DNA of 64,000 nt from Eledone cirrhosa (GCA_964016885.1 OZ024744.1:136152001-136216000); one strand, 5' to 3'; shown: positions 45,001-55,500, numbered from the stretch's first letter. Numbers and translations: made by a program. The notes: a model not told the origin generated them from the letters alone.

Positions 45001-45890
45001 GAGGAGAGAGAAGTTTATCTACAGAATAGAAGAAGTGGAGATCATGGTAGAAGAAATAACAGGAATCCAGAGGAGAGAGAAGTTTATCTACAGAATAGAA
45101 GTGGAGATCATGGTAGAAGAAATAACATGAATCCAGAGGAGAGAGAAGTTTATCTACAGAATAGAAGAAGTGGAGATCATGATAGAAGAAATAACATGAA
45201 TCCAGAGGAGAGAGAAGTTTATCTACAGAATAGAAGTGGAGATCATGATAGAAGAAATAACATGAATCCAGAGGAGAGAGAAGTTTATCTACAGAATAGA
45301 AGTGGAGATCATGATAGAAGAAATAACATGAATCCAGAGGAGAGAGAAGCTTATCTACAGAATAGAAGAAGTGGAGATCATGATAGAAGAAAAAACATGA
45401 ATCCAGAGGAGAGAGAAGTTTATCTACAGAATAGAAGAAGTGGAGATCATGATAGAAGAAATAACATGAATCCAGAGGAGAGAGAAGTTTATCTACAGAA
45501 TAGAAGTGGAGATCATGGTAGAAGAAATAACATGAATCCAGAGGAGAGAGAAGTTTATCTACAGAATAGAAGAAGTGGAGATCATGATAGAAGAAATAAC
45601 ATGAATCCAGAGGAGAGAGAAGTTTATCTACAGAATAGAAGAAGTGGAGATCATGATAGAAGAAATAACATGAATCCAGAGGAGAGAGAAGCTTATCTAC
45701 AGAATAGAAGAAGTGGAGATCATGATAGAAGAAATAACATGAATCCAGAGGAGAGAGAAGTTTATCTACAGAATAGAAGGAGTGGAGATCATGATAGAAG
45801 AAATAATATGAATCCAGAGGAGAGAGAAGTTTATCTACAGAATAGAAGTGGAGATCATGATAGAAGAAATAACATGAATCCAGAGGAGAG
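35778..45890 (+). repeat. Tandem duplication with a 5,042-bp period
   Basis: ORF starts 36264/41306 and 39344/44386 are 5042 apart. The rare variants aatcta (36136/41178), agaagg and aataat recur at +5042. Boundaries are approximate. Confidence 0.93.
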
Positions 45891-46143
45891 ACAAGCTTAT
45901 CTACAGAATAGAAGAAGTGGAGATCATGATAGAAGAAATAACATGAATCCAGAGGAGAGAGAAGCTTCTCTACAGAATAGAAGTGGAGATCATGGTAGAA
46001 GAAATAACATGAATCCAGAGGAGAGAGAAGTTTATCTACAGAATAGAAGTGGAGATCATGGTAGAAGAAATAACATGAATCCAGAGGAGAGAGAAGTTTA
46101 TCTACAGAATTAAAGAAGTGGAGATCATGATAGAAGAAATAAC

Positions 46144-49100
46144 ATGAATCCAGAGGAGAGAGAAGTTTATCTACAGAATAGAAGAAGTGGAGATCATGAT
46201 AGAAGAAATAACATGAATCCAGAGGAGAGAGAAGTTTATCTACAGAATAGAAGTGGAGATCATGATAGAAGAAATAACATGAATCCAGAGGAGAGAGAAG
46301 CTTATCTACAGAATAGAAGAAGTGGAGATCATGATAGAAGAAATAACATGAATCCAGAGGAGAGAGAAGCTTCTCTACAGAATAGAAGTGGAGATCATGG
46401 TAGAAGAAATAACATGAATCCAGAGGAGAGAGAACTTTATCTACAGAATAGAAGTGGAGATCATGGTAGAAGAAATAACATGAATCCAGCGGAGAGAGAA
46501 GCTTATCTACAGAATAGAAGTGGAGATCATGGTAGAAGAAATAACATGAATCCAGAGGAGAGAGAAGTTTATCTACAGAATAAAAGAAGTGGAGATCATG
46601 GTAGAAGAAATAACATGAATCCAGAGGAGAGAGAAGTTTATCTACAGAATAAAAGAAGTGGAGATCATGGTAGAAGAAATAACATGAATCCAGAGGAGAG
46701 AGAAGCTTATCTACAGAATAGAAGTGGAAATCATGATAGAAGAAATAACATGAATCCAGAGGAGAGAGAAGCTTATCTACAGAATAGAAGTGGAGATCAT
46801 GATAGAAGAAATAACATGAATCCAGAGGAGAGAGAAGCTTATCTACAGAATAGAAGTGGAGATCATGATAGAAGAAATAACATGAATCCAGAGGAGAGAG
46901 TAGCTTATCTACAGAATAGAAGTGGAGATCATGGTAGAAGAAATAACATGAATCCAGAGGAGAGAGAAGTTTATCTACAGAATAGAAGAAGTGGAGATCA
47001 TGATAGAAGAAATAACATGAATCCAGAGGAGAGAGAAGTATTTCTACAGAATAGAAGAAGTGGAGATCATGATAGAAGAAATAACATGAATCCAGAGGAG
47101 AGAGAAGCTTCTCTACAGAATAGAAGTGGAGATCATGGTAGAAGAAATAACATGAATCCAGAGGAGAGAGAAGTTTATCTACAGAATAAAAGAAGTGGAG
47201 ATCATGGTAGAAGAAATAACATGAATCCAGAGGAGAGAGAAGTATTTCTACAGAATAGAAGTGGAGATCATGATAGAAGAAATAACATGAATCCAGAAGA
47301 GAGAGAAGCTTATCTACAGAATAGAAGAAGTGGAGATCACGATAGAAGAAATAACATGAATCCAGAGGAGAGAGAAGCTTCTCTACAGAATAGAAGTGGA
47401 GATCATGGTAGAAGAAATAACATGAATCCAGAGGAGAGAGAAGTTTATCTACAGAATAGAAGTGGAGATCATGGTAGAAGAAATAACATGAATCCAGAGG
47501 AGAGAGAAGTTTATCTACAGAATAAAAGAAGTGGAGATCATGGTAGAAGAAATAACATGAATCCAGAGGAGAGAGAAGCTTATCTACAGAATAGAAGTGG
47601 AGATCATGGTAGAAGAAATAACATGAATCCAGAGGAGAGAGAAGTTTATCTACAGAATAGAAGAAGTGGAGATCATGATAGAAGAAATAACATGAATCCA
47701 GAGGAGAGAGAAGTTTATCTACAGAATAGAAGAAGTGGAGATCATGACAGAAGAAATAACAGGAATCCAGAGGAGAGAGAAGTTTATCTACAGAATAGAA
47801 GTGGAGATCATGGTAGAAGAAATAACATGAATCCAGAGGAGAGAGAAGTTGATCTACAGAATAAAAGAAGTGGAGATCATGGTAGAAGAAATAACATGAA
47901 TCCAGAGGAGAGAGAAGTTTATCTACAGAATAAAAGAAGTGGAGATCATGGTAGAAGAAATAACATGAATCCAGAGGAGAGAGAAGTTTATCCACAGAAT
48001 AGAAGAAGTGGAGATCATGACAGAAGAAATAACAGGAATCCAGAGGAGAGAGAAGTTTATCTACAGAATAGAAGTGGAGATCATGGTAGAAGAAATAACA
48101 TGAATCCAGAGGAGAGAGAAGTTTATCTACAGAATAAAAGAAGTGGAGATCATGGTAGAAGAAATAACATGAATCCAGAGGAGAGAGAAGTTTATCTACA
48201 GAATAAAAGAAGTGGAGATCATGGTAGAAGAAATAACATGAATCCAGAGGAGAGAGAAGCTTCTCTACAGAATAGAAGTGGAGATCATGGTAGAAGAAAT
48301 AACATGAATCCAGAGGAGAGAGAAGTTTATCTACAGAATAGAAGAAGTGGAGATCATGATAGAAGAAATAACATGAATCCAGAGGAGAGAGAAGTTTATC
48401 TACAGAATAGAAGAAGTGGAGATCATGACAGAAGAAATAACAGGAATCCAGAGGAGAGAGAAGCTTATCTACAGAATAAAAGAAGTGGGGATCATGGTAG
48501 AAGAAATAACATGAATCCAGAGGAGAGAGAAGTTTATCTACAGAATAAAAGAAGTGGAGATCATGGTAGAAGAAATAACATGAATCCAGAGGAGAGAGAG
48601 GCTTATCTACAGAATAGAAGTGGAGATCATGATAGAAGAAATAACATGAATCCAGAGGAGAGAGAAGCTTATCTACAGAATAGAAGTGGAGATCATGATA
48701 GACGAAATAACATGAATCCAGAGGAGAGAGAAGCTTATCTACAGAATAGAAGTGGAGATCATGGTAGAAGAAATAACATGAATCCAGAGGAGAGAGAAGC
48801 TTATCTACAGAATAGAAGTGGAGATCATGATAGAAGAAATAACATGAATCCAGAGGAGAGAGAAGCTTATCTACAGAATAGAAGTGGAGATCATGATAGA
48901 AGAAATAACATGAATCCAGAGGAGAGAGAAGTTTATCTACAGAATAGAAGTGGAGATCATGGTAGAAGAAATAACATGAATCCAGAGGAGAGAGAAGTTT
49001 ATCTACAGAATAGAAGAAGTGGAGATCATGGTAGAAGAAATAACATGAATCCAGAGGAGAGAGAAGTTTATCTACAGAATAGAAGTGGAGATCATGATAG

Positions 49101-49206
49101 AAGAAATAACATGAATCCAGAGGAAAGAGAGGCTTATCTACAGAATAGAAGTGGAGATCATGGTAGAAGAAATGACATGAATCTAGAGGTTGAGAAACAA
49201 AGTTGA
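46144..49206 (+). CDS. Terminal open repeat ORF (1020 aa of STPR-like repeats); relic of the Helitron RepHel N-terminus, expression unknown
   Basis: Uninterrupted frame up to the array edge. Upstream array segments share this reading but are broken by recurrent stops and frameshifts. Confidence 0.2.
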   Translation: MNPEEREVYLQNRRSGDHDRRNNMNPEEREVYLQNRSGDHDRRNNMNPEEREAYLQNRRSGDHDRRNNMNPEEREASLQNRSGDHGRRNNMNPEERELYLQNRSGDHGRRNNMNPAEREAYLQNRSGDHGRRNNMNPEEREVYLQNKRSGDHGRRNNMNPEEREVYLQNKRSGDHGRRNNMNPEEREAYLQNRSGNHDRRNNMNPEEREAYLQNRSGDHDRRNNMNPEEREAYLQNRSGDHDRRNNMNPEERVAYLQNRSGDHGRRNNMNPEEREVYLQNRRSGDHDRRNNMNPEEREVFLQNRRSGDHDRRNNMNPEEREASLQNRSGDHGRRNNMNPEEREVYLQNKRSGDHGRRNNMNPEEREVFLQNRSGDHDRRNNMNPEEREAYLQNRRSGDHDRRNNMNPEEREASLQNRSGDHGRRNNMNPEEREVYLQNRSGDHGRRNNMNPEEREVYLQNKRSGDHGRRNNMNPEEREAYLQNRSGDHGRRNNMNPEEREVYLQNRRSGDHDRRNNMNPEEREVYLQNRRSGDHDRRNNRNPEEREVYLQNRSGDHGRRNNMNPEEREVDLQNKRSGDHGRRNNMNPEEREVYLQNKRSGDHGRRNNMNPEEREVYPQNRRSGDHDRRNNRNPEEREVYLQNRSGDHGRRNNMNPEEREVYLQNKRSGDHGRRNNMNPEEREVYLQNKRSGDHGRRNNMNPEEREASLQNRSGDHGRRNNMNPEEREVYLQNRRSGDHDRRNNMNPEEREVYLQNRRSGDHDRRNNRNPEEREAYLQNKRSGDHGRRNNMNPEEREVYLQNKRSGDHGRRNNMNPEEREAYLQNRSGDHDRRNNMNPEEREAYLQNRSGDHDRRNNMNPEEREAYLQNRSGDHGRRNNMNPEEREAYLQNRSGDHDRRNNMNPEEREAYLQNRSGDHDRRNNMNPEEREVYLQNRSGDHGRRNNMNPEEREVYLQNRRSGDHGRRNNMNPEEREVYLQNRSGDHDRRNNMNPEEREAYLQNRSGDHGRRNDMNLEVEKQS

Positions 49207-49253
49207 ACAGCGACGAAATGCCATAATTGAAGAGCAGCCTTTGAGCAGGGGCA

Positions 49254-49358
49254 ATGAACAGTGTAAGAGTTAAAGTGATACCTCAAAACGAATCCACCCA
49301 TGGCCGCAAAAGGGGAATCCCCTTTACTAGAAACATTGTATATAGGGAAGTGCTTTAA
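49254..49358 (+). pseudogene. Remnant of the Helitron RepHel (Pif1-like helicase) extreme C-terminus
   Basis: Manual translation gives MNSVRVKVIPQNESTHGRKRGIPFTRNIVYREVL*. T(K/R)N(I/V)VYxEVL followed by a stop is the characteristic end of Helitron helicases. It is too short to appear in the ORF track. Confidence 0.85.
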
Positions 49359-49524
49359 AGGATGTTTTTTATGTGTACTTTTATGAAATTAATTTTAAAT
49401 AAACTTACATTATTATACATAAAATAAAGGAAAATATAATTTTTTATTCAGCAAAATACTGCATATCAAATAACTTTGATTAACTGATAAATATTCATTG
49501 GACAAGATTTAAATTTCAAAGATT

Positions 49525-49554
49525 ATCCGTGAATTTTTTCACTGGTCCAGCTAG
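49525..49554 (+). terminator. Helitron 3' terminus: subterminal hairpin plus CTAG
   Basis: atccgtgaa-tttt-ttcactggt forms a 9-bp stem with one mismatch and one G:T pair, followed by ccag and CTAG (49551-49554). The next base is A rather than the canonical target-site T. Confidence 0.75.
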
Positions 49555-49575
49555 AATATATTAATACGTATAAAT

Positions 49576-52500
49576 AGACGTCAATAAAAAAAGTACCCAG
49601 TACACACTGTAAAGTGGTCATGTAGGTGCTCCAACAAAAAGTACCCAGTACACACTGAAGTTGTCATGTAGGTGTCACAACAAAAAGTACCCAGTCCACA
49701 CTGTAAAGTGGTCATGTAGGTGTCACAACAAAAAGTACCCAGTACACACTGTAAAGAGGTCAGGTAGGTGTCACAACAAAAAGTACCTAGTCCACACTGT
49801 GAAGTGGTCATGTAGGTGTCTCAACAAAAAGTACCCAGTAAACACTTTAAAGTGGTCATGTAGGTGTCACAACAAAAAGTACCTAGTCCACACTGTAAAG
49901 TTGTCATGTAGGTGTCATAACAAAAAGTACCCAGTACACACTGTAAAGTGGTCATGTAGGTGTCACAAGAAAAAGTAGCTAGTACATATTGTAAAGTGGT
50001 CATGTAGGTGTCACAGCAAAAAGTACCCAGTCCACACTGTAAAGTGGTCATGTAGGTGTCACAACATAAATTACCCAGTACACACTGTAAAGTTGTCATG
50101 TAGGTGTCACAAAAAAATTACCCAGTCCACACTGTAGAGTGGTCATGTAGGTGTCATAACAAAAAGTACCCAGTACACACTGTAAAGTGGTCATATAGGT
50201 GTCACAACAAAAAGTACCCAGTACACACTGTAAAGTGGTCATGTAGGTGTCACAACAAAAAGTACCCAGTCCACACTGTAAAGTGGTCATGTAGGTGTCA
50301 CAACATAAATTACCCAGTACACACTGTAAAGTTGTCATGTAGGTGTCACAAAAAAATTACCCAGTCCACACTGTAAAGTGGTCATGTAGGTGTCATAACA
50401 AAAAGTACCCAGTACACACTGTAAAGTGGTCATATAAGTGTCACAACAAAAAGTACCCAGTACACACTGTAAAGTGGTCATGTAGATGTCACAACAAAAA
50501 GTACCCAGTCCACACTGTAAAGTGGTCATGTAGGTGTCACAACAAAAAGTACCCAGTCCACACTGTAAAGTGGTCATGTAGGTGTGTCACAACAAAAGGT
50601 ACCCAGTACACACTGTAAACTAGTCATGTAGGTGTCACAACAAAAAGTACCCAGTACACACTGAAGTTGTCATGTAGGTGTCACAACAAAAAGTACCCAG
50701 TACACACTGTAAAGTGGTCATGTAGGTGTCACAACAAAAAGTACCCAGTACACACTGTAAAGTGGTCATGTAGGTGTCTCAACAAAAAGGACCCAGTCCA
50801 CACTGTAAAGTTGTCATGTAGGTGTCAACAAAAAGTACCCAGTCCTCACTGTAAAGTGGTCATGTAGGTGTGTCACAACAAAAAGTACCCAGTTCACACT
50901 ATAAAGTTGTCATGTATCTGTCATAACAAAAAGTACCCAGTCCACACTGTAAAGTGGTTGTGTAGGTGTCACAACAAAAAGTACCCAGTAAACACTTTAA
51001 AGTGGTCATGTAGGTGTCACAACAAAAAGTACCCAGTCCACACTGTAAAGTGGTCATGTAGGTGTCATAACAAAGAGTACCCAGTACACACTGTAAAGTG
51101 GTCATGTAGGTGTCACAACAAAAAGTACCTAGTACATATTGTAAAGTGGTCATGTAGGTGTCACAGCAAAAAGTACACAGTCCACACTGTAAAGTGGTCA
51201 TGTAGGTGTCACAACATAAATTACCCAGTACACACTGTAAAGTTGTCATGTAGGTGTCACAAAAAAATTACCCAGTCCACACTGTAAAGTGGTCATGTAG
51301 GTGTCATAACAAAAAGTACCCAGTACACACTGTAAAGTGGTCATATAGGTGTCACAACAAAAAGTACCCAGTACACACTGTAAAGTGGTCATGTAGGTGT
51401 CACAACAAAAAGTACCCAGTCCACACTGTAAAGTGGTCATGTAGGTGTGTCACAACAAAAGGTACCCAGTCTACACTGTAAAGTGGTCATGTAGGTGTCA
51501 CAACAATAAGTAACCAGTCCACACTGTAAAGTGGTCATGTAGGTGTCATGACAAAAAGTACCCAGTCCACACTGTAAAGTGGTCATGTAGGTGTCACAAC
51601 AAAAAGTACCCAGTCCACACTGTAAAGTGGTCATGTAGGTGTGTGTCACAACAAAAAGTACCCAGTCCACACTGTAAAGTGGTCATGTAGGTGTCACAAC
51701 AAAAAGTACCCAGTCCACACTGTAAAGTGGTCATGTAGGTGTCACAACAAAAAGTACCCAGTACACACTGTAAAGTAGTCATGTAGGTATCTCAACAAAA
51801 AGTACCCAGTACACACTGTAAAGTGGTCATGTAGGTGTCACAACAAAAAGTACCCAGTACACACTGTAAAGTAGTCATGTAGGTATCTCAACAAAAAGTA
51901 CCCAGTACACACTATAAAGTTGTCATGTATGTGTCATAACAAAAAGTACCCAGTCCACACTGTAAAGTGGTCATGTAGGTGTCACAACAAAAAGTATCCA
52001 GTACACACTGTAAAATGGTCATGTAGGTGTCACAACAAAAAGTACCCAGTAAACACTGTAAAGTGGTCATGTAGGTGTCACAACAAAAAGCACCCAGTCC
52101 ACACTGTAAAGTGGTCATGTAGGTGTCTTGACAAAAAGTAGCCAGTACACACTGTAAAGTGGTCATGTAGGTGTAACAAAAAAAGTACACATTCTACACT
52201 GTAAAGTCGTCATATAGATGTCACAACAAAAAGTACCTAGTACACACTGTAAATTGGTGATGTAGGTGTCACAACAAAAAGTACCCAGTACACACTGTAA
52301 AGTGGTCATGTAGGTGTCACAACAAAAAGTACCCAGTCCACACTGTAAAGTGGTCATGTAGATGTGTGTCACAACAAAAAGTACCCAGTCCACACTGTAG
52401 AGTGGTCATGTAGGTGTCACAACAAATAGTACCCAGTACACACTGTAAACTAGTCATGTAGGTGTCACAACAAAAAGTACCCAGTACACACTGAAGTTGT

Positions 52501-55500
52501 CATGTAGGTGTCACAACAAAAAGTACCCAGTACACACTGTAAAGTGGTTATGTAGGTGTCACAACAAAAAGTACCCAGTACACACTGTAAAGTGGTCATG
52601 TAGGTGTCACAACATAAATTACCCAGTACACACTGTAAAGTTGTCATGTAGGTGTCACAAACAAATTACCCAGTCCACACTGTAAAGTGGTCATGTAGGT
52701 GTCATAACAAAAAGTACCCAGTACACACTGTAAAGTGGTCATGTAGGTGTCACAACAAAAAGTACCCAGTCCACACTGTAAAGTGGTCATGTAGGTGTCA
52801 CAACATAAATTACCCAGTACACACTGTAAAGTGGTCATGTAGGTGTCACAAAAAAATTACCCAGTCCACACTGTAAAGTGGTCATGTAGGTGTCACAGCA
52901 AAAAGTACCCAGTCCACACTGTAAAGTGGTCATGTAGGTGTCATGACAAAAAGTACCCAGTCCACACTGTAAAGTGGTCATGTAGGTGTGTGTCACAACA
53001 AAAAGTACCCAGTCCACACTGTAGAGTGGTCATGTAGGTGTCACAACAAATAGTACCCAGTACACACTGTAAAGAGGTCAGGTAGGTGTCACAACAAAAA
53101 GTACCCAGTCCATACTGTAAAGTTGTCATGTAGGTGTCACAACAAAAAGTACACAGTCCTCACTGTAAAGTGGTCATGTAGGTGTGTCACAACAAAAAGT
53201 ACCCAGTCCACACTATAAAGTTGTCATGTATGTGTCATAACAAAAAGTACCCATTACACACTGTAAAGTGGTCATGTAGGTGTCATAACAAAAAGTACCC
53301 AGCACACACTGTAAAGTTGTCATGTATGTGTCATAACAAAAAGTACCCATTACACACAGTAAAGTGGTCATGTAGGTGTCATGACAAAAAGTACCCATTA
53401 CACACTGTAAAGTGGTCATGTAGGTGTCATAACAAAAAGTACCCAGCACACACTGTAAAGTGGTCATGTAGGTGTCACAACATAAATTACCCAGTACACA
53501 CTGTAAAGTTGTCATGTAGGTGTCACAAACAAATTACCCAGTCCACACTGTAAAGTGGTCATGTAGGTGTCATAACAAAAAGTACCCAGTACACACTGTA
53601 AAGTGGTCATGTAGGTGTCACAACAAAAAGTACCCAGTCCACACTGTAAAGTGGTCATGTAGGTGTCACAACATAAATTACCCAGTACACACTGTAAAGT
53701 GGTCATGTAGGTGTCACAAAAAAATTACCCAGTCCACACTGTAAAGTGGTCATGTAGGTGTCACAGCAAAAAGTACCCAGTCCACACTGTAAAGTGGTCA
53801 TGTAGGTGTCATGACAAAAAGTACCCAGTCCACACTGTAAAGTGGTCATGTAGGTGTGTGTCACAACAAAAAGTACCCAGTCCACACTGTAGAGTGGTCA
53901 TGTAGGTGTCACAACAAATAGTACCCAGTACACACTGTAAAGAGGTCAGGTAGGTGTCACAACAAAAAGTACCCAGTCCATACTGTAAAGTTGTCATGTA
54001 GGTGTCACAACAAAAAGTACACAGTCCTCACTGTAAAGTGGTCATGTAGGTGTGTCACAACAAAAAGTACCCAGTCCACACTATAAAGTTGTCATGTATG
54101 TGTCATAACAAAAAGTACCCATTACACACTGTAAAGTGGTCATGTAGGTGTCATAACAAAAAGTACCCAGCACACACTGTAAAGTTGTCATGTATGTGTC
54201 ATAACAAAAAGTACCCATTACACACAGTAAAGTGGTCATGTAGGTGTCATGACAAAAAGTACCCATTACACACTGTAAAGTGGTCATGTAGGTGTCATAA
54301 CAAAAAGTACCCAGCACACACTGTAAAGTGGTCATGTAGGTGTCACAACAAAAGGTATCCAGTACACACTGTAAAATGGTCATGTAGGTGTCACAACAAA
54401 AAGTACCCAGTACACACTGTAAAATGGTCATGTAGGTGTCATAACAAAAAGTACCCAGTACACACTGTAAAGTGGTCATGTTGGTGTCACAACAAAAAGT
54501 ACGCAGTAAACACCGTAAAGTGGTCATGTAGGTGTAACAACAAAAAGTACCCAGTACACACTGTAAGGTGGTCATGTAGGTGTCACAACAAAAAGTACCC
54601 AATACACACTGTAAAGTGGTCATGTGGGTGTCACAACATAAAGTACCCAGTACACACTGTAAAGTGGTCATGTAGGTGTCATGACAAAAAGTACCTAGTC
54701 CACACTGTAAAGTAGTCATGTAGGTGTCACAACAAAAAGTACCCAGTACAGACTGTAGTGTGGTCATGTATATGTCACAACAAAAAGCACCCAGTCCACA
54801 CTGTAAAGTGGTCATGTAGGTGTCACAACAAAAAGTAGCCAGTACACACTGTAAAGTGGTCATGTAGGTGTAACAAAAAAAGTACACATTCTACACTGTA
54901 AAGTCGTCATATAGATGTCACAACAAAAAGTACCTAGTACACACTGTAAAGTGGTGATGTAGGTGTCACAACAAAAAGTACCCAGTACACACTGTAAAGT
55001 GGTCATGTAGGTGTCACAACAAAAAGTACCCAGTACACACTGTATAGTGGTCATGTAGGTGTCACAACAAAAAGTACCCAGTACACACAGTAAAGTGGTG
55101 ATGTAGGTGTCACAGCATAAAGTACACAGTACACACTGTAAAGTGGTCATGTAGGTGTCACAAGAAAAGGTCTCCCAGTCCACACTGTATAGTGGTCATG
55201 TAGGTGTCACAACAAAAAGTATCCAGTCCACACTGTAAAGTAGTCATGTAGGAGTCACAACAAAAAGTACCCATTACACACTGTAAAGTGGTCATGTAGG
55301 TGTCACAATATAAACTACCCAGTACACACTGTAAAGTGGTCATGTAGCTGTCTCAACAAAAAGTACCCAGTAAACACTGTAAAGTGGTCATGTAGGTGTC
55401 ACAACAAAAAGTACCTAGTCCACACTGTAAAGTTGTCATGTAGGTGTCTTGACAAAAAGTACCCAGTACACCCTGTAAAGTGGTCTAGTAGGTGTCTTTA

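Larger units (their letters stand above)
1..49188 (+). repeat. 66/69-bp tandem satellite array (~730 monomers, continues past the left edge), encoding 22/23-aa STPR-like repeats on the + strand
   Basis: Consensus atgaatccagaggagagagaagtttatctacagaataga(aga)agtggagatcatgatagaagaaataac is repeated without foreign insertions. The 66 and 69 bp forms differ by one AGA/AAA codon. The last degenerate unit is atgaatctagag at 49177-49188. Copy number is estimated as length divided by ~67.5. Confidence 0.99.
1..49554 (+). mobile_element. Non-autonomous, internally deleted Helitron carrying the expanded array; 5' end lies outside the window
   Basis: Colinear order on one strand: STPR-like repeats, IEEQPLS/GAMN linker (49226-49259), RepHel C-terminal motif TRNIVYREVL* (49326-49358), AT-rich UTR with AATAAA, hairpin (49525-49546), CTAG (49551-49554). 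Confidence 0.82.

Noticed and set aside
49-46113. About 25 separate long ORFs as an operon or gene cluster
   Set aside because: They are segments of one satellite cut by a few amplified stop and frameshift variants. There are no intergenic regions or distinct products.
44312-47995. 1227-aa minus-strand ORF (DKLLSPLDSCYFFYHDLHFFYSV repeats)
   Set aside because: It is an antisense shadow of a codon-multiple repeat that happens to lack stops in that frame. Its start comes from a single point variant, and only the + frame has a recognisable motif and Helitron context.
1-49188. Reflectin or other cephalopod structural repeat protein
   Set aside because: It lacks the reflectin M/FD(X)5MD(X)5MD motif and the Tyr/Met/Trp-rich composition. 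The STPR register and Helitron tail explain it better.
49581-55343. Cys/His-rich ORFs (CHNKKYPVHTVKWSCR; MTTLQCGLGTFCCDTY) resembling metallothionein, zinc-finger or keratin-associated proteins
   Set aside because: They are a by-product of a 48-bp unit being open on both strands. Frequent 1-4 bp indels break the frames, and the unit matches a non-coding LINE UTR motif.
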